The translations under genes were made by a program, and so were the position numbers. The notes under the pieces are model-generated. The model worked only from the letters and a program-made list of their open reading frames with translations. It did not search any database and was not told where the DNA came from. Below, in pieces: positions 1 through 13,800 of a stretch of 64,000 nt of DNA. How positions within the stretch are numbered: position 1 is the stretch's first letter; each line of letters opens with the position of its first letter. Source of the DNA: Tubiluchus corallicola (Eukaryota; Animalia; Priapulida); contig JAQGDQ010000011.1 in the NCBI GenBank assembly GCA_030141605.1, forward strand, positions 1,445,319 through 1,509,318. The letters are read 5' to 3'.

Positions 1-440
1 ATAGTCAGCCATTGTTTTTTGTCGCGTCTCTACAAAACACTTAGAAACCATACGAAAATGTGGTTACTATGGACTTTACAAGAACTCGTTGAAGTTATCT
101 TGAAATCCAGTAGATGGCTCTTCCTGATGAAGATTTGGGTTTGCCAACAGAAAAAACACAAAGCAAAATGACTGTTTCCACAAGCTACTATCAGAGTTTG
201 AAAACACAAGTTTTTTACAATTGCAGCTACAATCGCAATTGAATAGTTTATAGAAAAGTGGGTACAAGGTAATAGAATTAAATTTTTAAGTATGTTTTGG
301 ACATTTTCTTGCTAATTTGATGCTAGAATATGAAAGTCCAATATATTTAGTGTATGTTTTTATAAAAATCAAAAAATTAACACTAGACGATAATTTTGGT
401 GCATTTTACTTTGAAGCATCATAACGTAGTTTTAACTATG
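1..440 (+). repeat. Interspersed repeat copy (TTAA-ended DNA-transposon-like), homologous to ~27900-28352
   Basis: Colinear diverged similarity with 27900-28352 (e.g. aaaatgactgtttccacaagctacta vs aaaatgactgcttccacaggctacta; both end ...gttttaact). Truncated by the window edge. Confidence 0.7.
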
Positions 441-824
441 CCAACTTATGGGTGGTTTTGGTTTGCAAGCACACATATGTAATTACATACATCTGTGTTC
501 GCACATCTGTCCTGTTTATCTGTGCATGTATATGTCTGTCTGTCTGTTCAATGAATGAAATTTATGAAGCTATAATCGCTAAACTTTGTATATGGTTCTA
601 GGGTGCGAAAAGTCAAAGATCAAGGTCATGAGATCCAAATACTTAACTAGCCGTAAAATCAATAATTATTGATATGTATATGCATCACTATATTATGTAC
701 TCAGTTTAAACAATGAAGGCTGACATTAGCTGACAGCATTTGGACGTGCATGAAAGTGGAATACTTATTGGAAAAGTTATTTAAATAATTCCTAAATTCT
801 TTTATATCTCATTTTCCATTCTAG

Positions 825-920
825 ATCTTCCATCCTTCTCTTGAAGAGTATTTTGAAAACTACGACGGATCGCAGTATCTTCCAAGACCGTGGTTAAGAA
901 CTATATACCCTCACGATTAG
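825..920 (+). CDS. Possible terminal coding exon of a gene starting left of the window (IFHPSLEEYFENYDGSQYLPRPWLRTIYPHD*)
   Basis: Good acceptor (ctcattttccattctag) followed by a 32-codon stretch ending TAG, then AT-rich UTR-like sequence. Phase and identity cannot be confirmed. Confidence 0.3.
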   Translation: MFHPSLEEYFENYDGSQYLPRPWLRTIYPHD

Positions 921-1074
921 CACAATTACATCCTATATATTGGAAGAGAAACTATTTATGTATTTTTATTATGACGTGGTTTTAATGTTATTTTAAAGTG
1001 TTTATTTGTAAGTTATTGTAAGTTTACATGTAATTCTAGGTACATTGTTCTATGCATAAATATACTTTCGCAGA

Positions 1075-1313
1075 TTACAAATGTCACAAGGAAATATACA
1101 TACTGCCAACTTTTGTACAATCAAATTAAGCCCAGCAATGAGAAAGCCACGTATATTGCAGTCATGCAATCTTTGTTTAAATTTACTTTTGTAACTTACA
1201 AATGTCGCAAGGAAATTGGTACACTGCCAAATTGATACGCTGACAGTCAGATCGAGCCCAACAATGACTATAAGCTACCTGTATCGTGGTCATGCAATCT
1301 TTGTCTAAACTTT
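1075..1313. repeat. Diverged tandem duplication of ~120 bp
   Basis: ttacaaatgtc(a/g)caaggaaat...actgccaa...agccc...gtcatgcaatctttgt(t/c)taaa occurs twice in tandem. Confidence 0.7.
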
Positions 1314-2864
1314 TCTAGCTGAGAGCTACAGAACTAACCTCTAGCTAACAAGGGTCTATTGTCAGTTTAGAATTTGAAACAATTGCTGCTATGACTGGTA
1401 CGTGTTCATGCTTTGGTGTGCTAATGCTGGCTGCTTGTACAACCTTACGAATCGAGAAAGGATATACCAGTTAGTCATTTTTGAACAACATAGTTGTTGG
1501 AATTACATATCATTTGGGCGTTGGCACCATTTATATGGGTGTGTCAACGATGGGGTGCCTGGATTATCCAAATTTTCTTCGGTTTAGGCCAGTTTTTTCC
1601 ACCACATATCCAGAAATCTGTTAAATTGGCCGAGTTCTGTTTATGTAAACTTTCTCTGCCTTTAAAGAAGTCCAGATCATCGATTCGATTATCAGTAAAA
1701 TCTTTTTTTGGCCTAGTGTGTTATGGCACTGCTCGCCAGTCACTCAGTGAAAATATACTGGTTTGAAAAATTAGAAAAGTTATTATACGATATGTGATAA
1801 CAACAAAGTTTGTGACCAAAGCTAGGTAGTACTGGGTTTGTACAGCAAAGTCAGTCGCGAAAACCTAGTCGGTTTCACCTGCTCACCAGCCGTTTTGCAC
1901 ATTGAGGGAAAATATTTACCTCAATAGAGACTAAAACACCTCTGATAACACAGTATATCATTTTAGGGATTATGCTTGCCAATTAATAGGTTCCTATCCT
2001 GTCACAATCATTTACGTACAGCATGCCGTGCATCTTGGCTTGTAGAAAACATGTTTTAAATTTTAAGACAAACCATAACAGCCACGAGACAAATATAAGC
2101 AAAAAAAAGTTTGTTAATTTATTCAGATATTAGTATTTTTCCATTAATCCACGTAAAGTACTTCCACTGAGGTCTCCTAACATGCATCAGTGAGAGATGC
2201 AGGGATGTATCCAAGGCATAGCGACGCCCTAAGTAAATAGTTCCACCCATGCCTATTTTGGATTTATGGTCGTTTATATATGAAGTGCAATGCACAATTT
2301 TTATTGTTAATTATATACTTTTGTATAGTGCTTATAACTGTGCAGCCTGCACAATATCTTGTGGTGTAGTACTTTCTACGTAGCAGTAAGTGTAAGTGTT
2401 TCTTGTGTGGTGGGTATATTACTTCTTTGTTCAGTAGCGGATTGCTACTATGGATTCCGTAACTACTTTGTGGTGTGTTATAAATTACGAGCTTTATATG
2501 AATATGAAAGGATACGTAGTTTCTGAACAAAATAAATTTTTTAACATTGGTCCCCTAAAATCTGGCACCCTCGGCTATGGCCCAGTTAGCCTATTAGTAA
2601 ATAAGCCCATGGACAAATATTAAAAGAGCTATTATGTGTTGACCCAGTGTGACAGCTGGAAAGTAATTAAAACTCCTTTCGTTTGTATTGGATGTACGCA
2701 AACAACTGTTTTCTGTACATTATTAGAAGGGAAAATATCTAACATAGCTAATGTCCAAGATTTAAAATCTAAGTCTCTGATTAATTAAAAAAATACAAAA
2801 GTTATGCAATGCAGATACGCACAAAATGAAGTGTGCTAATTTGTGTCCTTGTAAATGAATAATA

Positions 2865-3868
2865 CAGTGTAATCTGCTTACAACGAGTTTCAGGGGACCA
2901 TCAAAATTTGCTCACCACAGGCCAAGGTCAATTGTTTGAATACATATACAAGATAGAAATGAAGCCTATTCGGCAGATATAATGTAATAATGAAAAGAGC
3001 ACTTGCTTTTAGAACTGGCACAAGTTCTTTAACAAACAAGCAAGTTTGTCCAGCAAGTATTTTATCACGAAAGAGTAAACATAGTGTTAAAAACTACGTT
3101 ATTTCTATGACTAAAGATGTATTGTCCTTGCAATAAATTCCTGTGTAAAACCACCAGCCAGTGTGTTTAGCGTGGGTGTTATTTGTGACCATTTAAATGT
3201 CTGTGCAAGATCCTGGATGTAATTAACCTGCATGGTGGAAAACACGTTTTTATTTAAATAGCTATGCAGGCACTGTAAAATTTTTGATGATTATGAAAGA
3301 TTCCTCAACAGACCTATGTCATCTAACAACTAAGTCTATCATCTGCTACCCGTGTGTAATGTAAAATCATGGTTTTCATTCAAAGCAGTATTTTTATTTA
3401 AAGAATTGAGCTTGGAAAGTTACACAATAATTATTTTGTAAAGCAGGACAGTATCTTTTTTGAAAAAATGCCTGGCAAAAGTGGCAAGAGCAAAACTTCT
3501 TAAAAAAGGAAATTTCGCGGAAATTAAATGAAAGCAAAGCTGCACAGCATCACCCATAAAAATAATTCAAACTCAGCAAGTCTGCACATACTGTGCTTGA
3601 TATGGTACAGAATGACCTTTTTGCTCTTGGCGCAATAGGTGCTATAGTTATAACACAAACCTGCAAGAACTCGCTCGTTATATGCGGGGGAAGTACAGTC
3701 ACGGGGCAGTAAAATTCCCTCGTAATAAAAAAAATCTCATCATATCGGATATCTTATAAACAAGGTTTAAACACATTACATAAGCCTAAGATTTGAAAGT
3801 GACTTTCATATTCACTCTTAACAACCAGAGGCTCATTATAACAGGCCTCGTTATAAAGGGATCATACT
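2865..3868. mobile_element. pogo/Tigger-like MITE
   Basis: ta-cagtgtaatctgcttacaacgag ... ctcgttataaagggatcatactg: imperfect CAGT-type terminal inverted repeats, with TA on the left. Confidence 0.5.
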
Positions 3869-4839
3869 GTCGTAGAAGCACCATATTTTATATCAGCTCA
3901 AAGCTAGTACAACAGACACACAATGTACTATGTAACTTGTTTATTCAAGAATGTTTAATGTAAACAGCCCTTTGACACAAGCAAAGTTACAATAATGCAG
4001 TACAATTCTAGAACTCTAACTTAATAAAATTCAGATTTAATTAGCAGCCATAACTGGGTATAGAACAAATGTACTATCAATTTGAAGCAAACTGCCTGAT
4101 TACAATGAAGTTATTATGGTAATTTTTTCACACAAATAAGAAATCATTAAATGTATGAAATACATTATATTATTACTTTGCACATAAGATCCATGACAGA
4201 ACTGCAAACTGCCATTTTGGTTGTTCAGTCAAACCTCATAACAGCCATGGTTATAATGCCAACCTCGTTTAACGCCCAAATTTTTAGCTAAACAAAATAT
4301 TTATATTTGCATATACGTGTATGTATTAATGCCAAACTTTCTGCAACACCAACTTTTTTGTAGTTCCAAAGTAGGCAGTGTAATAAGGTTTGACTGTAAT
4401 ACAATATATAAATGAACCAACACACAATGTATCAAATTCAAAATCTTTATCATAATCATATTGGACCCACAATTAATATTAATCCTCATGCACAAAATCA
4501 GCAGTATGAAACAAAATGTATGTGCATCAGACACGTTTTTCATGGCTCCTCTCATCTTCATTTTTCCTTGATTTATCCCATCCCATGTGTTGAAAACATT
4601 GACTGTTAGAATGCAGATGAAAAAATTGCATATCGAAGTCAAGATGCGATTAGAGAATAAGACGTGTGAAGCCTGGTAAACGTGTTTGATTGGCATCTGA
4701 GATTTCCGCTTTGATGATTTTCATCTTGCTTACTTACAAACATATTAATCAGTACCTTTCTACATTTTTCTTACATATCTATTATGCCTGAGAAAATAAA
4801 TACGTTTTCATAAATAAATCCAGGAAAAAAGTTGTATAA

Positions 4840-7800
4840 TTAGCACACCAGAGTGGTCAGATCACACGTCACGTACTGCTGCAGCCAGTACGTCTTGTAG
4901 TCTTCTGTTCCTGGAGATTTCTGCTTGTAGTCGTACTTCAGAATAAATGATATCTAAAAAAACGAACAGATTCAGTTTGATAACTTATTATACAAATGAG
5001 TTCAAGAGATCTGATCACTATTCTAGAATACCTTCGAAAAGAGGATTTACTGAGCCAACAAAGACAGTAACTCACACTTTGAATGGGCACTGACCTTCAC
5101 AGCTACAAAAATCAGCCAACCATAATGTCAAACTCCAAAAATTCAAGTAACCTCTGTAGCTATGCTATAGGCCAGTACCCATTTTGGATCAATTACATAA
5201 CACTGTAATTGAAAAGTATGCCTAACTTTTTTCTTAATCACCAAAGAACAATTTCCAAAAAATGAAAATATTGTGGTTTTAATTTCATAACGTACAATAG
5301 AGGAAATCTTCCCAAGTAGTTTATCAGCAATAGCCATTTACGACGGTAAACAAGATAACTACGAAAAGGAATTCTTACCACTGGTTTTTTGTTCGACTTC
5401 TCGGTAACGACTTTCACGACAACGCCAATCTTGTTTGCTCGACGAAACGCGACAATTCTGTAATGAAACAATAAAATCACAAGGTGAAATGGTGGGTGAA
5501 CTGTTAGCAAAATTTGGGACTTTCTAGGAGAAAGAACAGTTTTAGTTTGCTATGTTAGTTTCCATTGGAATTAAATAGATTGGGTGTATTTACTTTGATT
5601 CGTTGAAAGAGAAAAACCAGCTTTTATATCAATACTTTGTCGCTTATAATTTTCTTTGTTGTAATATTACAACTTTGTAATTTTGAGAGAATGCAATAAT
5701 ATTATATACATTGTGCAATAGCAGTAGAGTAACAAGTCAAAATGGAACTTCTGCAACAATAACACATTAGCATATGTAATAGGCATTGTTTTACCATTGG
5801 TAAAAAAACTTAGCCCCATGGCTTCACCATTTTTAACGATCATAATGAAACTCTGCAGGATACGACTAGGACATATTCTGGAATCACAAAGTAAGGTCGC
5901 AAAACGTTCCACACTTTCTTGTTAATGAAAAAAAAGATAAGTAATAGGAATGTAACAGGCACGTTTAAAGCAAAAAGCTAATGGCTGTTTTGCCCCAATC
6001 ACCAAAAGTTACAGCAGTAAAGCTATGAAAAAATGGTGCAATGTGTTTCAGTGAAAATGTTCAAAAAATATAAACTAACAGACATGCACGAAAATACTAG
6101 TAGTTGTAACGTTTAAGTAAATTTTGTTGAGAATTTTTGTAGTGCTTCAAGTAGGAGATTTACACTCCAACCTAGAAGAAAACAAAGTTAAAGAGAAATC
6201 GGTATTTAAAATTGGTATTTATACAGGTCGTTGAAAATTGTTAATTCTGCTTCAAAAATTATAAGAACCGAACACAGCGACCTACGGCACATTTGTATGA
6301 AACGAGAGTCATAAGGAACGCGCAAGTTATCATTTAGTGATGAATTTTATCCAACTAATAAACTTTCGAAATGCTCCACTCTAGCCATAGATACTGTTCA
6401 ATTAGCGCTAAAACCACAAATTCTTTCTATCCCGTTACAGTTAGCACTATTAACAGTAATGCTCAATAAATTTGATATATCATAGAAGAAGTCAAAATGC
6501 CAATTAAGTTTCAAAAAATTCTCGAAATCACTGTAAATGCTTTACTAGCATTTATCCAGTAACTGATTGTATTTATTAATGTGTTAATTTTTCTTTTGCT
6601 GATATGTATTATAAAATAATGACAATAAATTGCATACTTACAGAAAGATTGGGTACAGAATTAGGTTCTATATGAACGTTATACTCTATAAATGAATATC
6701 TTTTTTTTCATTTTCGTGCCAGAAAAAACATGAAACTCAAAATGGAGATCCGGGCAACATCAGTACCTCGAATTATTTCCGATATGACAAGATACTCAGA
6801 GTTGGCATAACGTGCAATACGTACACTTATGTCAGTGTTACTTACTGGGGATCATCTTTGGAGCCTTGTGGAACTTCAGAAGGGTCGTCAAATTCCGCAA
6901 TGTCATCTTGCGGTGAAAGAACCAACTCGGATTTTGGTAGAATTACCTACGAAAAATTATAAGTTTTAACACACGTTTTAAAAACCTGTTTAAAAAAAAA
7001 AACACGCACTAAATCGACATTCAAAGCAATGGCTTGATAATCAAACTAGTTGTACACCGAACCTTGCAGTTGCCCATATCATCTTCTTTGTCACTTGGCA
7101 ACAAGGAAGCATGTACTACAAACTGACTAGGGTTAGAAAGTGTTACTACCACTCTGCTCTCCTACAAGTAGAACAAGAACAAAATTATTGATTTTCATTT
7201 AATAAGACGGCACAGAAGGCTACTTGTACGTGAACGTCAATTCGTCTGCTGCTAGAATAAATAAAGCTGAATAAACATAAGCAAAGATCCGTACATTAAC
7301 AGTCCTACATAGCAGTATTAGTCTATCAAGCTGGGAAGCACACAACCAATAGGGTGTCCAAAAAAACCTAAATGTGTCAATTGGTATTCATAATTTGCAA
7401 AGAAATGAGAAATATGAATTAAGGTCCAAATTCTAGCCTTATTTAGATGCTCTGACAGGTTGATTTTTCCCTTGATATGTAGATACTGTAATTTTTACAA
7501 TGTTATTTTTTTCTCCATTTTACATTGTTCAAACAAAGAAACAATAATATTGTTTCTCACCAGATTAAGATGTGATAATGTCAAATTATTTTTAATCCAC
7601 TTAACTAATTACGTTTAAGATTGATGATATTTCAGCTAGAAACTGCTGGACAATTGGCAAATTTATCTATTAGATACAACCTTTTCTACTTTCATAAATA
7701 TATTCAATGCAGTTGTTTGAGCTCTGAGGTGCTAAACATTCCAAACTACAATTTCTTACCAAGTTATACAGAATTTTCAGACTATTGCTATAATTAATAT

Positions 7801-10800
7801 AATGTGCTAACTAATAACTTCACCTTCCATTATTTTGTATAGAGGAAAAATTTCTTGAACAAACTTGTTGCCAAAAGACAAGATTTCACAGCTCTGCTGT
7901 CCAGAAAATGTTTGGTAAACCACTATGGGAATACAAACCTTTCCAGGATGTATCTGAAAACCGGGAAGAATTCTTACTTCGGGAACTAGCAACCTGTAAA
8001 ATTAATTAACATGAGTTAAATGGCTTCAAAAATCTAATTTCATTTTCATTAACTTTCATCAGTAGACTTAAATAGTTTTTATAAAGTTGGGCTTGGCTAT
8101 AGTTCAAAATTACTCACACGCAAGCATCAGTTCGTGAAGTGGATTAGGATTAGGGTTAGATTACCTAAATTGTGTGGGGAATTGTAAACTCTTTCCGCTG
8201 GGCTTTACTGCTCCGCGAGCCATGATTCAGCACATATTTGCAGGATCTATTTAAATTAGAGCCTTTTGGCAGAACCAAACCCTAACTCACTCTACCTTGA
8301 GGCACTTTTTCTTGACCAGAATTGGATGCCATTCATCTAGGGGTGCAACGAAGGCACATTTTCAACAATCTAATCGAAGACAATTTTTTTACACTTGGGT
8401 GCCACCAAATGACGGCCATGATACAGAACCGAATTCCGAATGAAATATCAAAGTAAATTGAAATACTGGAATGAAGCACCAAACCGATTTTTTTTACCGA
8501 AATTTTTTTGTATTTCCAATTGAAAAGCCTGTAGTGTTTTTTCGTTTTAAATAACTGATGATTGGTGAGCTGTGTAATACTGTTCTGTGTTTTTATTTAA
8601 TGGTTATATAGTAAAGGATCATGTATTTTAAAAGCAGCCCCAATTCTTTCAAAAGCTTTTCAAACTATTTTATATAATTAATAAAAATAGTATATAAGCA
8701 AAACTACAATTAAATTTTAATTGTATAGTATAACTGCGTAATAATAATTGTTTAGTAACAGTATAATTGTTTACTACCTCGAGTTCTCATTGATTTATAT
8801 CGTCATGTATAAGCAAATACAGCACCGCCACACTATCACCGGTAGATACGACTTGTGTACTGACAGTGCATTGCATTCCTTGAGTTATCGCACAGGAACA
8901 GAAAGCAAAATGTCGTCTGTTGTGCCGTGTTCACTGTTTACTATCAGTTTTTTTCGGATAAATTTTTACAAGCAGTATAGAGAACTACTCGGTTTCTTTT
9001 TATATAATTTTTACAGGAAGTATGAATTATTAAAAAAGTAACTTCAGTATACCGAAAGTTCACCGAACCGTTTAGTGATTACGACCGAAGTTTACTGGAC
9101 CGGATTTTTACGCTGAAAAATAGGGAAAAATGCGACGATCCAAATATTCAGTGCATCCCTACATTCATTTCAGTAAGAGAACTAGTACAGAAAACTGTGA
9201 CAAATGAAACAACTGAGAAGCCTCTCCGGTGATGACCCAGCCATTTACCGATTTGATTAAATGTTGTTTAATTAATTACAAAGCTGCATGCCTACGACCG
9301 AATCAGTGGAAGCTACCGATTTGTCTTCTCAATGTGTGGTTGACAAAAGTTGGCTTAGGTCGCAACCAGAAGGTGGGTTATCATGTACACTACAACAATA
9401 CACCCTCGGTCAATTCAACAAAAAATCTTAACACATCACTGAAAAAATAAACGATAAAAAGAAAACAATTTATGCAATTTTTTGATGCCTACATTGCGGT
9501 CAGCTGCATTTTAAATTTGATGGAAGTCGTTGTAAAATCCGGCTTGATGAGATTGTGTTCACATTCACGGCAACGGCGAGACCGTTTCACCAGCATCTGC
9601 TTGCGAAGAGGATACATGTCGGCTGTCTTCTCGGGCTGCCTCTCTGGCCACATCAGTCTCTGAGACACTGAGCAAACTACAAAAAAAGATAAATGCTAGG
9701 GAAAAGATGCAATAAAAGAAATTACTACCAGGAAAAGACAAACGTTTCTAAAGCAAATCGTGTCATTTTCTATGTTAAGGTAAATTATATGTCTAATAAG
9801 TTCCTGGCAGATTTTTGAGCATAATTGGTTGTTATAAATGTTCCCAGGTAGAAAAACCTACAACATGCATTGTCGCAGCTATTGTAGTTAGCTGGCCATT
9901 GAACAAGTACAAATGTTTTGTTTCTGTAATACAGATCCTCGAACACAATCCGGCATGCGAATCCAGCTATCTTCATAAATGAAATAAATGAGGTTGCAGT
10001 TATTGATAAAAACTATGTATTAATAAATCTCAGATCTATTAGATTATATAATTGCACACAATGAACAGCTTTCTTACTTGGTCAAACCATTTTACATTTC
10101 TGCATTTGAAATGAATTACCTGTTGTTAATTATCATTCGATCACGATAAATTCCACTTGTACTTCTTTGTATCGCTTTTTTATTGCTCAGTGCACAGCAA
10201 GGTGATATCAAGAGCAGGACCTGCTTAATGTAAATGGTCGTGGTTGGACCAGAAATTTCCTAATTATCAGGAATAATTATCTATGATAAAATAAGTAAAC
10301 TACTGTATGTATGTATAAAATTAATGGCTCGAGGAATGTCACAGATGAAATTCTCTGGTGATAAACTATTCGCATGTTAACCATACACAGTGTTGCTCAA
10401 CTTTTTTCGATCGATGAGCCAGCACTGTGACACTCAACCATTTCTTCACTCCGCTTTACTATAAAGAATAACATGATAGCCTGACCAACTGTCAGCTAAT
10501 GTATGCAACTAACTTTCACAAAATTGGAAAATGTATTTCTTCTACTATGCCAGTGTAAACAACAGCCAAATTTAAGAACCTTCCCAAACTTGCTCCAGCA
10601 GAAGGATTGCTCTTTAAATAGCACATTTTTTGTCAATTAAAAAAAACAATTAGTTGTTCGATGCTGACCGTTAGCTAAGTTGACCGGTTGTGAGAAATAA
10701 TCATCTGGGAGAGGTTCGATGTCATCGACTGCTTCACTTTGTTCAGCATCTATAGAAACTTTGGTATCCCCTTTCATACCAGCAAACTGGGGAAGACCGG

Positions 10801-13800
10801 CGCGATGACGAGCTACAACTGATGTCAATCCGTACTTATCCTGTAATCATCATAAATTCATAATCATTATAATACAAAATTAAAAAGAAACAACAAGCTT
10901 TCAAAAAACTTTTTTGCAACATACAACTAAATAATACGGAAGAATTTTTTTATTTATTAGGCACAAAAATATAGGCACTTATATATTAGTAAAAAGTAGA
11001 CAGTAAGATTAAATGGCCATGATAACTACGAAGGTTGTGCCTACGACTGTGTGCCAGGGTTGACATACAACTAATGTATAAAAATGAAAAAAATTAAGTT
11101 TGCTATAACTATCTATGGAACTTAAATGAAAACAGTATGATTTTTCACATCCTAGCCTATTTTAAAGTGTGATGAAAAGTATACATTTTAACACCTATAA
11201 TAATGCTAAAGCATTTCTGATAATTAAATAATAGGTTTAAATCTTAATTAACGGTGAGCGAGCTCAACTAGTGGTGATATCACAAATGAACATAATTCTC
11301 AACAGCTTAAATATTTCATGAGCATGTTGCACGTGTTCGCGAAAGAGAAAATTGACTACACTGCTACTGTACAACATTCAGTGTGATACACAAAAATTCA
11401 GCAAATTTTCAAATTCAAATTAAATCAAATTTAAAATTTGCTCAGACAAGAGATCTCAAACATGTGCAGTTCGATAGCACCTGTTTTTTGTGCAATCATT
11501 TGAAACATGCAGATGCTACTGCTCATCTAACTAGTGAATGGCGAAATTAATGTAACAGTGAAAATCTAGCTGCTAGGGTAGAGATTGTTTTGAGCTATAG
11601 TTTAAGATTGGGTCCAGTTTTCCTTTAAGTAATTTTGCACACTGAACGGAGTAAACAGCAACCTTTACCTGAATGCCATATTGCATTAGAGCTCTTCGTC
11701 TCAACGGTGTCTTCTTTTTTGTCAGTTCAGTAAGTTCAGCCAATGCCATTAACTGATAGTGTTCAATTAAAGTGTTAATCTGAAATTAATATCAAAACTG
11801 TACATCTCACCACCGTACAGCAGCAAGGGACCCATGTATAGGTCATTGCTCAACAGCAGCTGGGCACAAGCTGACATTTTTACAAATTATAACCAAAAAA
11901 GAGTGATAAAAAAGCTGTGGTTCAGAGTGTGGAAATGAATTCAGGAGTTTTGCATGGCTAACTATTTAGCAGCAGTTACAAAACATAATCGTTTCCAGAA
12001 ATATCCATACTTAGTACAATGAAGTCAAAAAGTAATATATTCATACTTTCATAAAGATAGTTTTCCAGCTAAGATTGATTGGGAACATGTATGCAAGCAG
12101 TGCTGCTCACTGATATCTATGGATCACAAGTTATTCACAAAAAATTCAATCAACACTTTTGTGATCAGTACCTGCTATATGCTGTAAAAGAACAGCTACA
12201 GTAATTTAAGGCACAAAAAAACACTGTTCATAAATACAGCTTAAAAAATTAGTTTCGAAATTTTGCGCTGCAGTAACACTGTATAAAATATGTCAATTTA
12301 AACTGCGTGATGACTGCTAGGTGCAGTATTTAACGGCAAGTCGGTAGAAACAAGTTCCGATAACATTGCGTAAAGTTTGAGAAAATAATCAAGTATTTCT
12401 AGCACATGCTTCACTAATTAAGTAAAAGTTTTAATTACTTCATATTGTGAATAAGATCAATAATATGTTTCTGGTGAATCAGTGGTGCACACTGGAATAG
12501 TGATGCGGTGCCGTTTTACCAGGTGGTGCAAACATTTAAAACTATTAAGAATTTTTTCCCCAATTACATGTCTTTCAAACAGGTAAGCGTAATGCTCACT
12601 AGTATAACTTTGAATGGAAAGATCTTTGGGATATATTCTAAAATATCCCTTTATTTCCCTTTCAGCTTAGCATAGCAGAAATTTCGTAATAAATTTCCAT
12701 CACATTTTATGGGAACGATTTGAATTATTTTTATGAAATGACCTGCTTATTTTACTAAAAACTGACTGTTTGATTGGGTATTTTACCACTCATAAATGTT
12801 TATTTGGCAATCAAGAATCGACTTTGCCAAGCAATAACAGAAAATGTAGAAAATTTCTACTCCAAATCTGAAAGGTAAATTTCTACTGCTAATGTACTGC
12901 AAAATCCATATTTGCTCTTACCCACTGCAGTTACTGACGTGTATTCTAATGTAAAAAATGCAAATTGAATTCACTCCAACCCTGAAACCACACAATGTAG
13001 TGTACTTGTGTTTTTGAAGACGTGGGAAAGTGAAAAGGAACTTACACGTTTGGCATCTGGGTTCTCAGGTTCGTGCCAACCTCCGGATGCTGCAAAAGAT
13101 GCATATAAATAGTAAGAAATATGAAAAAAGTTACCTCTTATTTTTAATATGCATGTGCTGCATAATATAAATCAAGTGCGTGCATCACAAAAGTCGGATT
13201 CTATAAATAAGGATCAAGGATTGAAGAAGGCAGGTATTTTTTACACAATCAAATTCTAACTATTTAATCCACAACAAATGATAGAAACGGCCTTGAAGAG
13301 TAGTATTTTACAATCCAAATAAGAAGTCACAGGCTCATTTCAAAAACTAATGAAAAGAGATTAAAAGTTTCCATAAACTTCTAGCATCACAGCTGAACCA
13401 CACGAAGTTTAAAGATTTTAAATAGAAAACTACAAAAATAGCTATCATCTCATCTTTCATTATTTTTAAATCCAAAAACGAATCTGTGTGGGCAGATCCA
13501 ACCTTTTAATCCTGTATATGTTTTAAGCCTGAGTTCTTAGAGTAATTTTATTATATTATCATGGCAACAATTTTGAATTGTTGAATATTTTGAATATAAC
13601 AATTTGAACAACATCGCAACAACGCCATAATATCGAATTTAGGAAACTATTACTGAATTATCTCATCACGTAACTTGACCTTAATTTTGTACTTTTTAGT
13701 CTATATTGCAACAATTTTTCAGATTAATATACATCTTTATAAATTATAAAAAATATCTGTTTTATCTTTATAAATTATAAAAAATATTTGTTTTATGTAT

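Noticed and set aside
1-270. Possible exon with a donor at ~269
   Set aside because: Stops occur in all frames, and the sequence is homologous to the dispersed repeat at 27900-28352.
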